A stretch of 59,260 bases of DNA, counting the filler, from Catajapyx aquilonaris (Eukaryota), in assembly GCA_000934665.2 (NCBI GenBank). It is 3 parts of 3 records of this genome, joined end to end, with 100 filler letters (N's around TTAATTAATTAA, not from the genome) between each part and the next. Parts side by side here need not be neighbours in the genome. Positions count along the whole stretch, not along the records: positions 1 to 19,696 come from JYFJ02006408.1; positions 19,797 to 39,469 come from KZ539531.1; 1 more part is not named here. One strand, 5' to 3'. The notes beneath the pieces are model-generated. The model ran no database searches. It saw nothing but the letters and a program-made list of their open reading frames with translations, and had not been told where the DNA came from. Of this stretch, positions 14,534 to 27,100 are shown piece after piece (position 1 is the first letter of the stretch; each line of letters starts with the position of its first letter). Both the position numbers and the translations under genes were made by a program.

Positions 14534-16166
14534 TCCACTACAATCAAGCTCAAATGTCTGGATAACTAAAGATTTTTTGGCCGATAAATTCACCTTGCAA
14601 AAAATGCAACATACATACTGCTGTGTACTATAAATCACTGCCTAACAGTCTAAGATGTCTGGTAAAATAAAAGTTACTTCAACCTGACCTGCTTCTCACA
14701 TACCAATCGGGCCATAAACAAGCATTAGAAACCAGTGGTTCAAGTAGTGTACTTGTTCTCTGTCACATGGTTAGGAAACTGGCTTAAATGAGGAGATCTT
14801 GACCTCATCATTCTCGAGTGTTGCCATTGTGTACTAGCAGCTGGTGAAAGGGAGATGCCAGGTGCATTTTGATAGAGGTGAGAGTTTGAACAATGAAGCA
14901 CTGTAGTTCTTATTAGCAAAATAATATTCGCAACTAGTTGGACCACCATTCTGACCTTCATTTTTGGAGGATGACGCTGCAGTCGTCTTGCAGCTGCCTT
15001 CACATTACTGTCATCATCTTATAATTATCATCATCCCACCACCCTACTAGGTATGTCCCCGGTTTTTAAGGCTGCAGATTCGTGAAAATAGGAGTTGACA
15101 AGGAATTGGAGTCAAAATCCCATCAACTTGACATCAGTTTGCTAAGGGACCTTTCTTTGTGGTATAATTTGCGCTTCTTACGTAATATAATAATATCCTA
15201 TAGAGGCAAGTTGTAGTTGGTCATAAGGAAGGATCCAGTTGCAATTAGAGGAGGATTCTCTCCTTGGATCCACAGAGTCTATTAGTAAATTGCAGGGGTC
15301 CTTTCCAGCAGTAGGACCCTACGTACGTTGGCTTACTATTCCTAGGGGAGGTCATTTCCCTCCTCGGCCTAACCAGAAGATGGGCATTTGTTTACTCACG
15401 TCGGGTAGGAAACTAATTAGGATGTCAAAACCTGTTTCAATACCTAAGATTATGCCAATGGCTCTCATGGAAGTACACGTACATACATAAACTGGAAGAA
15501 TGCAATAGGAGGGTGGAGATATAGGAAAAGCTTCAGATGAAAGTAAAGGCGTACAGACGAGAGATGTGCTTTCGCATTTTGGAAACTCCTTCACCCGTTG
15601 CTAAAGGAGAGCTTTTCCAACTAACCCCTCGGGAACAAAGCTTCACTTGAAGACACTCCACTTTCAAATTTTATTTGCAAGAGGTAGGGCAGACTTGTCA
15701 GTGAAAGTGCAGAGGTTTCGAGTCCGTTTTTGGCACAGATTTTCTGCAAAAAATTGCAGCTGTATGAGAAGAAGAGTAGGAGTCGAAATTTCAGTGGATT
15801 TTTGTTGATGTGCCCCTACATTCGTCTGCTTCTAATCTAAACACGTGCCATTATAATAGTTTTCCCCGTCCAACGGTGAAAATAATATGTGTCAATAATA
15901 TAATAACCTGCGTAAGCTAACTGAAATTACAGCAGGCCTACTATCTATATATATATATATATATATATATATAATGAGAAACTTATAGGTCCTAAATAAA
16001 TGGGAAAGCTCAGAATTATAGCCTATTTAAGTTATTTTGTACAGCATGTATTTTGATGCAGAGCAGTACAATGTCATAGTTGAATTTTCTCATTCCGATG
16101 GTGGTTCAGACTATACTGTATAACACTTGTTGCTGAGTTTCTGCTGTATTTCCAGAATAACAACTA

Positions 16167-17531
16167 CTATCCGTTTATTTAATATAAAGCCCTGTGTTTG
16201 ATTTTTAGCAACTCCCAGGCAAATTATCCAAAAAATAATGGTGTGTATTATTAGAAAGCTTGTTTAAATCCACGTTACATATATGCGAGTTGTTTTCCTA
16301 TCATCAGTCTCTAATTTTCTATCGCAAAAAGAAGGCGGAAAAGTGTCATTTTTTGACAAGTTGCCGACGTTACACCGCAAAGTGAATTTTTTATGACACT
16401 TTCAGGAGGCTTAAAAATCCACCTGTGAACCCTGGATAGTGCATGTCTTTGTCTATCTAATGATATATTTGAAACATTGAGATCGCCATTTCTGTAATCA
16501 TAATTAGGTTAATTGCACACCTCAGTTTTTTTTTTACCCCGGGCCAGGCATCAATGGCCTATTTGGGGGGTGGCACACCACCATCAGTTTTCTCTGTCAT
16601 TTTTTCTTCAGTCACCGGTGCAAGGAGTCAAGGATGTAGGGTAGGGGTAGGGATTTTTTGGGGGGGAGGGAACATGGGGTGCAAGTGCAATGTCTACAAC
16701 ATGGGTCATGTGCTGTCCCCCAGGAGGTTAGGTTGCCAGACACCTCCTTGGTGCAGGTCAGAGACCCTCCCGACGCAGGTGAAAGGAAAGTTCCCCAGGC
16801 GGGGATCGAACCAGGGGCCTTTCACTCAGCAAGCCGTGACGTTACCATCACGGCCACCACACCTCCCCAAATGCACACCTCAGTTATCTCGGCTGTTTAT
16901 AATCCGAATTACTTCGCGAATGTATCGACGGCAAGCCAGAAATGTGCGTGATAAAATTACATTGTCGTTTATTACACTAAAAATTTTAAAGGTATTGTTT
17001 TAGTGAGTTTAATAGAAAAGGACCCAGCCTGCTTTCTGGTGGGAATAGACGGCGATACTTTTAAATACGTTTAAAAAAATTAGTGTAATAGAGTACAATG
17101 TAATCTTATCACGCATATTTCTGGCTTGCCGTCGATACATTCGCGAAGTAATTCGGATTATAAACAGCCGAGATAATAGAGGTGTGCAATGAACTTAATT
17201 ATGATTACAGAAATGGCGATCTCAATGTTTCAAATATATCATTAGATATACAAAGACATGCACTATCCATGGTTCACAGGTGGATTTTTTAAAGCCTCCT
17301 GAAAGTGTCAAAAATTCACTTTGCGGTGTAACGTCGGCAACTTGTCAAAAATGACACTTTTCCGCCTTCTTTTTGCGATAGAAAATTAGAGACTGACGAT
17401 AGGAAAACAACTCGCGTGTATGTAACGTGGATTTAAACAAGCTTTCTAACGATACACACCATTATTTTTTGGATAATTTGCCTGGGAGTTGTTTAGAGTC
17501 AAACACAGGGCTTTATACTTAAAAAGGATAG
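16167..17531. mobile_element. Large foldback element with arms of roughly 450 bp, TA-flanked, interrupted by a SINE
   Basis: 16167-16527 plus 16886-16960 match the reverse complement of about 17095-17531. Ends ta|ctatcc and ggatag|ta. Confidence 0.85.
16528..16871 (-). mobile_element. tRNA-derived SINE, family B
   Basis: Minus-strand head ggggaggtgtggtggccgtgatggtaacg...ggttcgatcccc, poly-A tail, 14-bp TSD tgcacacctcagtt. Confidence 0.9.
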
Positions 17532-17819
17532 TAGGCCTATTCATTTTAATAAATTGTTGTCATCTTTTTTTACACGTCAGCTTCATCCCTTTCACAAAAT
17601 CTAGAAAAATAATGTATATGGGCAAAAATATCCGTCAGTTATGCAAGCTTGTGATGTAGAAGATAATATTATGCTGTTGGCTTCAGAGAAAGTCTGCCGT
17701 CATTCTACATTCCTATAGCTTTAAGTGCCGACTTATATGATACTCCCCTCCAATATTAATTATACGCCAGGATCAGTGCTCGCTTGGTAAGGGAATATCA
17801 GTCATACTCTGTTACATAT

Positions 17820-17855
17820 TCATCATCATCATCATCATCATCCTCATCATCATCC

Positions 17856-17890
<35 letters not shown>

Positions 17891-17892
17891 GA

Positions 17893-17926
<34 letters not shown>

Positions 17927-17972
17927 GCTGCTGCTGTTGTTGTTGTTGTTGTTGTTGTTATTATTATTGTTA
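17820..17972. repeat. Compound (TCA)n + (TTG)n microsatellite
   Basis: Direct reading; source of the spurious poly-S/L/N/D ORFs. Confidence 0.95.
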
Positions 17973-19042
17973 TGCCAAAGTTCCCCCAAAGAAGAACCTG
18001 TGCTCAAGGCATCATCACTCCAGCATACGTATATAGTACTCTATAATAAGCTGAATGTGTCGATCATAGCCTCCGCTACCCCGTCAAAATCTGAGCTAAT
18101 AAAGGTCGCCGATTGAAATGCATGGAGCAGGGCTCACACCTATCGCACTATACACTGCATGGGTGTACTACGTGCGTGTGTTAACGTAACCTAGGTAGCT
18201 GTACGCCATCACAGTCATCACTCCTTTCTACCTACGCCGTCAAAGAAAAAAAAGGCGTGACCAACATGACTGTGCAGGAAGTAAGAATCTTACGTAGGGA
18301 CTGCACGAAACTTTTAATATTTACATCGTATAGATAGCGTAATTAGTTTGGTTCTTAAATCAGAGTTTTACGTACAAATTGTGCAAGGAAACGCCACAAA
18401 TCAGGTTGGATTATTATCCGAATGACAATAATAAATCTGGCATGGACCATTTTGAACTGTTTATTTTCCACTTGGACCGCATTAACCAATCAATAATAAT
18501 GATGAGCAAATTAGTTTACTCAGGAACTGCACTGTAAATTATTTTGGATTTGATTGAAAAATGATCTTTGGGATAATTTTTTATTCTTAAAATTGACATG
18601 ACTGTTTCTTTGAACATTTGTACTGATCAATATTCTTTTCCGTATCAAAAGTATAGTAAATATTATAGCCTACGGTGCGGTATACCAGAGTCCAATATAT
18701 AAATAGATTAGGTGAAACGAAACAGGATTTACACCAGAGTCTGAAATGACTTGTTTCAATGACAAAAAAAGAAGTGCAAGCTCAGGCATGCGACAAATTC
18801 TGGAGAGCGCATTTCAAAAGGGAAGAATAATTTTTGTTTCCTATTTTATGATCACTCCTTTTCACAATCGGCTTGGCTGTCCAAAAATATGAAGTGGTAT
18901 GTAAACCTAAAAATTTATTCGATCATAATATATTTACCAAATAACGAATTAAATGTGTTTAAAAGAGTCCAGGAAAAACCCAACTGAGAGACATTAAATG
19001 AAACAAAAATTTTAAATGTTTTGCTTTTTGTGGATCTCATTA

Positions 19043-19180
19043 CAGTGGTGCCTCGTACTTCGAACTTGTTTCGTTCCAGAAGGTTGTTAGAACTCCTAAT
19101 TGTTCGAAATCCGAATCAGTTTTTCCCATAAGAAATAATGGAAAGTGAATTAATACGTTCCCAGACCCTAAACAATACCC
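19043..19180 (+). mobile_element. Tigger/pogo-like terminal fragment
   Basis: ta|cagtggtgcctcg terminus followed by ttttcccataagaaataatgg, which resembles Tigger-type ends. Confidence 0.5.
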
Positions 19181-19534
19181 ATTTCGATACACTCAAACAG
19201 CAAATAGACTTCGCATAATTATTTAAGGAGAGGTGGAGTGGCGCTGCGGTAACGTACGCGCCCACGGATATTAAGGTACAGAGTTCTATCCCAGTCCGGG
19301 GTTCCCCCCTTCATCTCGTGCAGAGTTTGGTCGTCTCTGGCTTCGTCTCGGGTGGTATCTCCGAAAGACTAAGCCACCCGGGGGAGTTCACAAAATGTAC
19401 CACTATTGAGACATTGCACTTGCACTTTGCACATCCCCTCCCAGTCATTCTGCCCGTGGACCAGGGCGATTCGTCAAAAGGTTCCAGTTGTGTACGTGCA
19501 ACACACCTCGGTATGAGGTAAAGAACTACCACCG

Positions 19535-19696
19535 AAGCAGGTTGGCATAGTGGATAAGGCGTCCGACTGCTAATCGGGAGGTCCTGGGTTCGAATCTCGG
19601 GGCTGGCAACTCTGACCGTGGTTTTCTGTGGTTTCCCACGGTCCTTCCAGGAAAATTCCGGAGTTGCTTCCGTAATTAATAGGCCACAGCCGCTTC
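19535..19696 (+). mobile_element. tRNA-derived SINE, family A, cut by the gap
   Basis: A box tggcatagtgg, gactgctaatc loop, B box gggttcgaatc; same body as the 1714 copy. Confidence 0.85.
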
Positions 19697-19796
19697 NNNN
19701 NNNNNNNNNNNNNNNNNNNNNNNNNNNNNNNNNNNNNNNNTTAATTAATTAANNNNNNNNNNNNNNNNNNNNNNNNNNNNNNNNNNNNNNNNNNNN
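19697..19796. other. Assembly spacer N44-TTAATTAATTAA-N44
   Basis: Exactly 100 nt with a six-frame-stop linker. Confidence 0.95.
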
Positions 19797-20196
19797 TGGT
19801 GGTCAACGGGCGGCCAGCCCCTGAGGAATGCGTCACACTTGTACGCCCTTCCTTGAACTCCTTCACCCACCACTGGATCGTCCGTAAGGGCATAACGGAG
19901 TTCCCACATATGGCCTGCATGTCTTTAAGGATCACAGGAGCACTTTTCCCTTGCAGAAAAAGAAATCGCACCACAACATGCTGATCGGCTTTGCTGAAGT
20001 CCGCCATTTTGCTAGTGTCGGTAAGGCCCTCTGTTTGCAGGGCTGCGAAACAGGCGTCCGGTCAGCGCGAAATTTGAAACCTTTATCAAAAAATCCCACA
20101 TGGGCTGGATTTCATGTTCCTTGAAGTACAAATATGTAAATGTCATGCGCAATGGCTAAAAAAAAATACGCGCAAGTAATTTTTGACTGCACCTCG
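19797..20196 (-). mobile_element. mariner-type transposon 5' end (TIR plus HTH N-terminus), cut by the assembly gap
   Basis: TA|CGAGGTGCAGTCAAAAA terminus at 20196. ORF 20007-19797 reads MADFSKADQHVVVRFLFLQGKS...IQWWVKEFKEGRTSV...GAGRP, a mariner HTH. Confidence 0.85.
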
Positions 20197-20433
20197 TATA
20201 TATATATATATTGTGCTCCCAATTCAGTTGCCCCATTCTATAACACCTGCTATATATATATAGCAGGTGTTATAGAATGGGGCAACTGAATTGGGGGCAC
20301 AACAAGCTACAAAAAATAACTGCTATCACCCAATATCAGTTATCCAAACGTGCCCTGGATACTTGGAACACCCTGTATATGAAGTTTATTTTTTTATTTT
20401 CAAATTATTTTCATTACTTGAGTAAATCAGCAT

Positions 20434-20763
20434 GTTTGTTTCTTTCTTCTTTTTTTTGGTATTACCCCGTGATTAGGGGGAGTGGAACACCACCACATTT
20501 TCTATTCAATTTTTGTCTTTTTTCTTCATACTCTGTGCAAGGGAGCACATGGGGATTTTTGGGGAGGGGACACATGTGCAGGTGCAATGTCTGACAATGG
20601 GTCACGCACAATCCCCCTGGAGGCTAGGTTGCCTGACACCTCCAAGGTGGTGGTCAGAGACCCCTTGACGCAGGCAAAAGGGAACTCCTGGGTGGGGTTT
20701 GAACCCGGGACCTTTCGCACAGCAAGCCAAGATGTTACCATCTACGGCCACCACGCCTCCCCT
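20434..20763 (-). mobile_element. tRNA-derived SINE, family B
   Basis: Homologous to 16528-16871; 12-bp TSD gtaaatcagcat (20422-20433 and 20764-20775). Confidence 0.88.
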
Positions 20764-20862
20764 GTAAATCAGCATCTTTTACTGCGTAAAAATTATGATG
20801 AAGTGATCTAATAGTATAAGCATGTAGGCCTACTGCAAAATGACAGGCTAGAAGATACTAAC

Positions 20863-21120
20863 CTCTAACAAGCTGTCTCCAACAAGTGCCATAAGAAGCC
20901 TATGTCCTCTCCTCTCCACCACCCTGCTGGCATTCTCAGCAGCATACATCGAAGTAAAATCAAACATTGCCACATCTGGCTGGCCATAGTGATTGACAGC
21001 AAAGTCCAACTTGTCCAGCTGGTAGTTGGTAGCATAATATGCAGCCTCAAGTGCATACTCCATCAGAGCATCACGGTTCACATTTTCAGGGGCCAGGAGA
21101 CGGGCAGTGTCAGCAAAGTC
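20863..21120 (-). CDS. Mical: MICAL coding exon 7
   Basis: [15 protein letters not shown]...[19 protein letters not shown]...LVGDSLLE (GD motif); donor GTTAGT at 20862. Confidence 0.95.
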
Positions 21121-24100
21121 CTGCAATTGCAAAAGGATCAATCTCACTGCTACATTGAAATTCCAGACACATTTTCTAACCAACTGAGCAAAAGGATGTA
21201 AAAGAGAAGAATAGCTGGAGTAATTCTGGCAAGAGAGAAAATGAGTTAATTTTTAAAAATCTTTCATGACATGAACTGCGCCTGGGAGGGTTTGTTGGTT
21301 GTTGGTTGTTGGTTGTGCCAAAGCAACTAAGGCAATCTGGCATTTATGGGATGGGTTTTTGGTAGTGGGAGGAAAGGGGAGAACCCTGAGAAAACCCATG
21401 CAAACACGGTGAGAACCCATGGAAATTCTTCCACATAAGTGTCCTCTGTCCAACCCTGGGATCGAACTCCGGACCTTAGAGGTGGAAGGCTGTGGGGTTA
21501 CCCACTACACCACTGCAGTGCCACATCTACGAGATTTCGAAGGTGGGGACGAAGCTTTTGCTGAAATGGTAGCATCCCTATTTTTCAAGCCAAAATTCTT
21601 GGCAACTTTTGTGCCCAATAATAAATCGAATATGGTATCAAATTTCACACTATTATGTTATAAAGGTCTGTTCTATGTTTCACACACTTCAAGTATTGAG
21701 TGGATATCAACAAGTATACCAAATCTTTATGCATGTGATCTCACCATTGAGAGGGCTTATTTTAAGCTTCAAGTATGAAATGAAGAAGAAAAAAAAATCC
21801 ATCTCAGTTACAGAAATAAACTTTAAAGTAAAGCAGTTGGTGATCTTTACAACTGGCCTCCACCTCCATGAGCAGTTACATCAAATTATTCCTAAAGGCC
21901 TATATCAGTATTATGGCTGACCTGTATGATGACTCCTTTGTCTATGAGGCTATGCTTCTTGGCAGTCATGACAAAGTAGTGAGTCTCATCCTTGTAGTAC
22001 ACAATGTTTTCCAAGTCAATTCCAGTCTCCTCCTGCAGGTCCCTGAAGAATTTCTGGTTGAATATGAAGGCTACCCCACTGATTTCCTGTACCCGTGCCT
22101 CTGCCTCCGTGTGACGATTTATGAAGTTGGCTGTGATTGCAATAGCCAGCTTCCCTCTGAACTCCTTGCGCTTAAAGCCTGAAAATATTTTAATAGATTT
22201 TCTTCCAGCAGTCCTTGATTCATTGTTAAAATAGTTTCGCCAAAGACTTAATACAGTACAGAGCCACTGTCATATCTTAATACAACCATGCACTCCAAAC
22301 CAAACAAGATATCTTGGAATGATAAGTCCTCAAAAATCAGGTGGAGTTGCCATTTGATGTATAGGGTAATTTCTGAGGTAAAAAGACCTTACACGTGTGA
22401 CAGGTGCATGGTTGTATTAAGATGATGGGTGTCTAGTGCCTCATGCCCTTGCCTGAACTATAAAATCAGACTTCTCCCATGTAAAAATATCTTCACACAT
22501 TCAGCATTGATAATAGTATGGGAGTAAGGTTGGATGATTATGTGGTCGAGACATGGGGAAAGAAGTCCTGCAAACTCACATGCTTCTTGGGACGTATTTA
22601 AAAATTGCTGGCAAGTATCTGGACTAAACTAGTTTCATGCCAACATCAGACAATGGGAAACTAAACTGTGGGTCTAACTTCATATTTTGAAATGTGTTCC
22701 AGGGAGGAACCAAGTTACTCTTGGATTAGAGGTCACACCCACACTTTACACTGTGAATGGCCATGCAAAAAAACACTTCGTAATGATTTGTGTTAGGCAT
22801 AGCAAGGTATTAAAAAGTTACATAATATTATTATTATTATTAATAATAATAATAATAATAATTTGATACCCCATTATCAGCCTACAGGCTTTCCTAGGGG
22901 GGGATTTCTCCCAATTTTTTGTCTGGAACTCTTCCATTTTTACTATTTTTCTCATCACCGGAATGAAGCAGGGAAAGGGAAGGAAGGAGGCGGCTGTGGC
23001 CTATATTACGGTAACGACCCCGGAATTATCCTGCAAGGACCATGGGAAACCACAGAAAACCATGGTCAGGGTCGCCGGCCTCCGGGATTCGAACCCAGGA
23101 CCTCCCGATTAGCAGTCGGACACCATACCACTACACCACTACTGCTTCGGTTATTATTATTATTATTATGAATACCCCACGAGTCCTCTTGGGCCTTTTA
23201 GGGGATGATCTTTTAATTAGCCGACCTTAATCATTGCCTGTGCTGTGATGGATTTTGATTGTGGGAGGAAATGGAAGAGCCATGAGCAAACCCACATGAA
23301 CACAGAGAGAACCCATCGAAACTATATCCACGTAAAAATCCTCTGTCCAACCCGGGGATCAAACTCAGGACCTCTGAGGTGTAAGGCTGTGGCGAAAGCC
23401 ACTACACCACCGAGCTGCCCTTAACCATCTGTCTCCCGCTCGCTTCTGCACGTTTTGGGTGGGGGTAGAAAAATAGCGCCCTAGGTGACAATCACTGGAT
23501 CTGGCACCATTGGTTTTGCTCTTGATTCATGCACAAGATGGGGCTGAAGTGTTCGAGACCTACAAACCTGAGTTGCATCTTCAGAGAGCCATGTACCGCC
23601 TCATATGCTATGCACAGGAAGGTGACGACGTCATCCTATTGCGACATCTACGCGGTTCTTTTTTAGGCGCCTTCCACCCATCGAAAAAATCCAAGATAAA
23701 TCTATATGATTGCCCACTCCCTCTAATAAATTATGAAAACGTTAAGTGTCAGTAAATAATTTTAAAGGTCCGGTATAAATGGAGGTAATGTGAGTCACAA
23801 GCTGCGAAAAAAGGCAGCTCAGGTGTAAAGCAGGCAACGCCCAGAGCTCGGAGCAGTCCGCCCGCCCAATTAGGAGCAAGGACACTCTTTATGACCAAAA
23901 TGGGGGACCGCGGGAGATTGTGAACCCTTCACAGATTGTTCTGATTTTTTTCCTGGCGAAAAGTAAGTCGCAGCATTTGGGAATGTTTTAAATGGTTTTC
24001 AGCAGCACATCCACAAACCGGGAAATACGCGGCAGGGAGCTGTGTGTATTTAACCCATTTGTTCCTGAGGTTGATCTACTGATGATATTTTAATAATCTT

Positions 24101-27100
24101 AAGGCATTTCATCTTGGAAAGTATGGGATCAAAGTTTCACTATGTAACACTATGGCTATACAGCAGGGGTGAGCAACCTTTTTTCTCCGTGGGCTGCATA
24201 GAGATTTTTAAAAATTTGACGGGCCGCATCTAACAAAAGGCATTTCAACTTATTAAAAAGTTTACAATTATATATCCATCGTTTTAAAGAAACTTCCATT
24301 AACTGCATAAATAATCATTAAATTCTCTGAAAATCGATAAAATTAGCTAAATATATCAATGAAAATGGCCCGTATAAATAAAAAAAGATGTTTTTGTGGA
24401 TTTGAAATAATTAAAAAGAAATGCACAGGAATAAAGTTTCGCAAATTTAATTTTTCAACATTTTCAGGAATTCCAAAAATTTTGCGCGGGCAGCACAAAT
24501 TGTCTTCGCCCGGCCCGCGAGCCGCAGGTTGCCAATCCCTGCTATACATCGTGACCTAAAATACTTCTCCAATCGCTGTGGCTGTTGTTGGCACTAAACT
24601 ATGTAATTTAACCAGTTACTTTTTAATGGCTATCAAAAGTATTAGTGGATTGTAGGACATCATTGTTTCCCTTGCTGCCATTCGCCACTCATAAGGGCCA
24701 AAATGTAAATATTGTATGGTGGCTTTCCACAACCTTTCTTGCAAGTCATACAATGTATTTATTTTTCAAAGCTATAGAAGTATTTGAATGACCCAGAATG
24801 GAAAGGTCATAAGTCCATGAGACAAAATTTTACAGGGGAGACAAAAAACTGAAATGCGGCATTGTAAATTCGTCAAGGTGGTCGGACTCGCGGGAATGTT
24901 GATCTTAGTCGACATTGGCATCTTGTTGAGCAGAGTTCGGTGGAAAACGCGTCATGACAGATGCGTGAGAGCGATTTAAAGGGACGGGACTTACATCCTT
25001 TTCATTCTGAAAGATGGCAGGATGAGAAAATCTGTGCCGTTCTGTCACATATAACATAACACAAAATAATACATGTATTATTTTGTGTTACTTATGTTAT
25101 CATGTGACAGAACGGCACAGATTTTCTCATCCTGCCATCTTTCAGAATGAAAGGGACGTAAGTCCCGTCCCTTTACTTCAACATTTTCCTGAATACATGT
25201 AGGTATTTACCGGATAATGACACGATGGACCAAGTGCATTTTCATTCCAAAGCAGCAATTTCAGCATGGAAAAGGTGTAAGTCTAGATCTTCCCCCTTTG
25301 CCATTCTGAAGGCAATTCTGACATGCTAAAATATAGCATATGGGTGGGGACTTTTGCACCCTCTCATACTGGATCTTATGCCCTCCATGCTGAAGAGTTT
25401 CCTTCCGCGAAAAAGTCATTTTGACCAAAAGGTGGACTTATGCCCTTTCCATTCTGGGTCATTCATTTATAATTCAAAGAAATAGTTACAATTCTGAAAT
25501 TGGCACATTGCCTAACATTCAATTTGTATTTGGGTCAATAGTGAAAAAAGGTACAATTTCATTTCCCCCACAAAATTAATGTAAATGTCCTTTAAAGAAA
25601 CAATTTTTTAAAACAAAAATAGCAAAAGTAAATACAACAAAAATAGTAAATGTTTGTTTACAATGAATGAGACCTTTGGCCTATGACGCCGTGCCATTAA
25701 AGATATCACGCAAGTGACGTAAATACTCATGAACATAGCCTACGTAACTTTTCGGATTTCTATGGTGAAAGAAATTTCGTCGGGTTTATACCAGTGAATT
25801 TTAAAAAATTATTTTGTTTGGTAGTTGGTTGCATTATAATGCAACCAAAATGGCCGCAGGGGACAAAGGGTTAAGTTACGCAACAATATTGACAAGTTAC
25901 AGAAATTCTTCGCTAGTCCATATTCCTGAACCTGACCCATAGGTTTTCCTTTTAATTTCCTTTCTCATCATGCATATTATATTAGGAGGGGGAAAAGATG
26001 GACTTTTTTTTTCATTGTCACTAGTAGTGAATATCAAGCAATACCAATTTGCATTTTGAAATCCTCAGGTAATTTGCATACTACAATCAACTTCGGCAAT
26101 ACTGGTTTATAGCCACAAGCATTTGTCAAGGTCATCACTCATATTTCAACATCTCTGTCACAATAAGCACACAAATGCCTTTCAAGAATCATGCGTTCTT
26201 CATTGGTATAATTCAAATCAAATCCAAGTCACACAGAGCAGAATCCTAAGAACACCCCTGAAAGCACAGAGAAAACCCAACGAAGCTCTTTTCACATAAG
26301 AAAATTCGTTTCCTGACTTGGGTGTTGACCTTAGACCTTGCTGGGACTTATCCACTTATCCCCTACTAATCCACCTGTCCCCCCAATCAATATGCATCAT
26401 TTTAAGAGGGTGGTATTTCCACCCCCCTAAGAGGGCCAAAAGGCCCTAGCATGGGGTACACTTTTTTTTAAAAAATGCATCATTTTATAAATACCTTCAA
26501 GAGTATTTCTTTTTCCATCAGCCCCTATAAGGACGTCAAACTCATACTGAGACACCGGGTGATCTGCAGGGCTCACTCTTGCTCTCCAGCCAATCTCTAT
26601 AAAATTAAAATGTAAATTAATTTTCTCAAATCAAATGTCAGTCAGTAAATAATCCTACTTACTTTCAGATTGCTCTTCAGGAGGCTCCACCAAGCTTTCA
26701 AAAGCCACGTTTTCATGAATTTCTACTCCCAAGAGAAGAGCTACTTTCAAGAGGATACACTGAAGCTGACGAATACCTTTTAAAAATAAACAGAAACCAA
26801 GGAAAGGAAGGCAATTAGATAACAGCAGGTTATCACTCAAAGGCAAAAAAATCATATCAGCTTCAATTGGCAATTTCATGGACAGTGTAATAAAGAGTCA
26901 TGTTTAAAAAAATTGCTAGTGGGTTTAATTTTTCCTTTTTTATGCGGGTATGTTGTTGTGACTCAGCACTATTACTGCAGTAGCTAAAAATTGGCTCTTG
27001 CAAGCACGTATGCACATTATATCCAAAAATTTAAATTACACTCAGTCCACAGGGCTTTCTGAAAATCTCTAACACGTGGGTTGTTTCATAAGTCATGGTG

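Larger units (their letters stand above)
24054..25870. mobile_element. piggyBac-like non-autonomous element hosting two nested elements
   Basis: TTAA|CCCATTTGTTCCTGAGG...CCGCAGGGGACAAAGGG|TTAA, imperfect TIRs. Confidence 0.6.

Noticed and set aside
15190..15760. Possible decayed LINE ORF2 fragment (VQRFRVRFWHRF)
   Set aside because: Only a vague resemblance; no RT motif could be reconstructed.
17784..18116. Poly-S/L and poly-N/D ORFs (also 5187, 14432, 28861)
   Set aside because: They are translations of microsatellites.
19535..19610. Possible tRNA-Ser(GCT) gene
   Set aside because: The acceptor stem pairs poorly, there is no variable arm, and it runs straight into a repeated SINE body found four times.
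21868..22182. Plus-strand ORFs over MICAL exons (also 20902, 27993, 33352) and the minus-strand ORF 45238 over Rheb
   Set aside because: They are antisense shadows of real exons.
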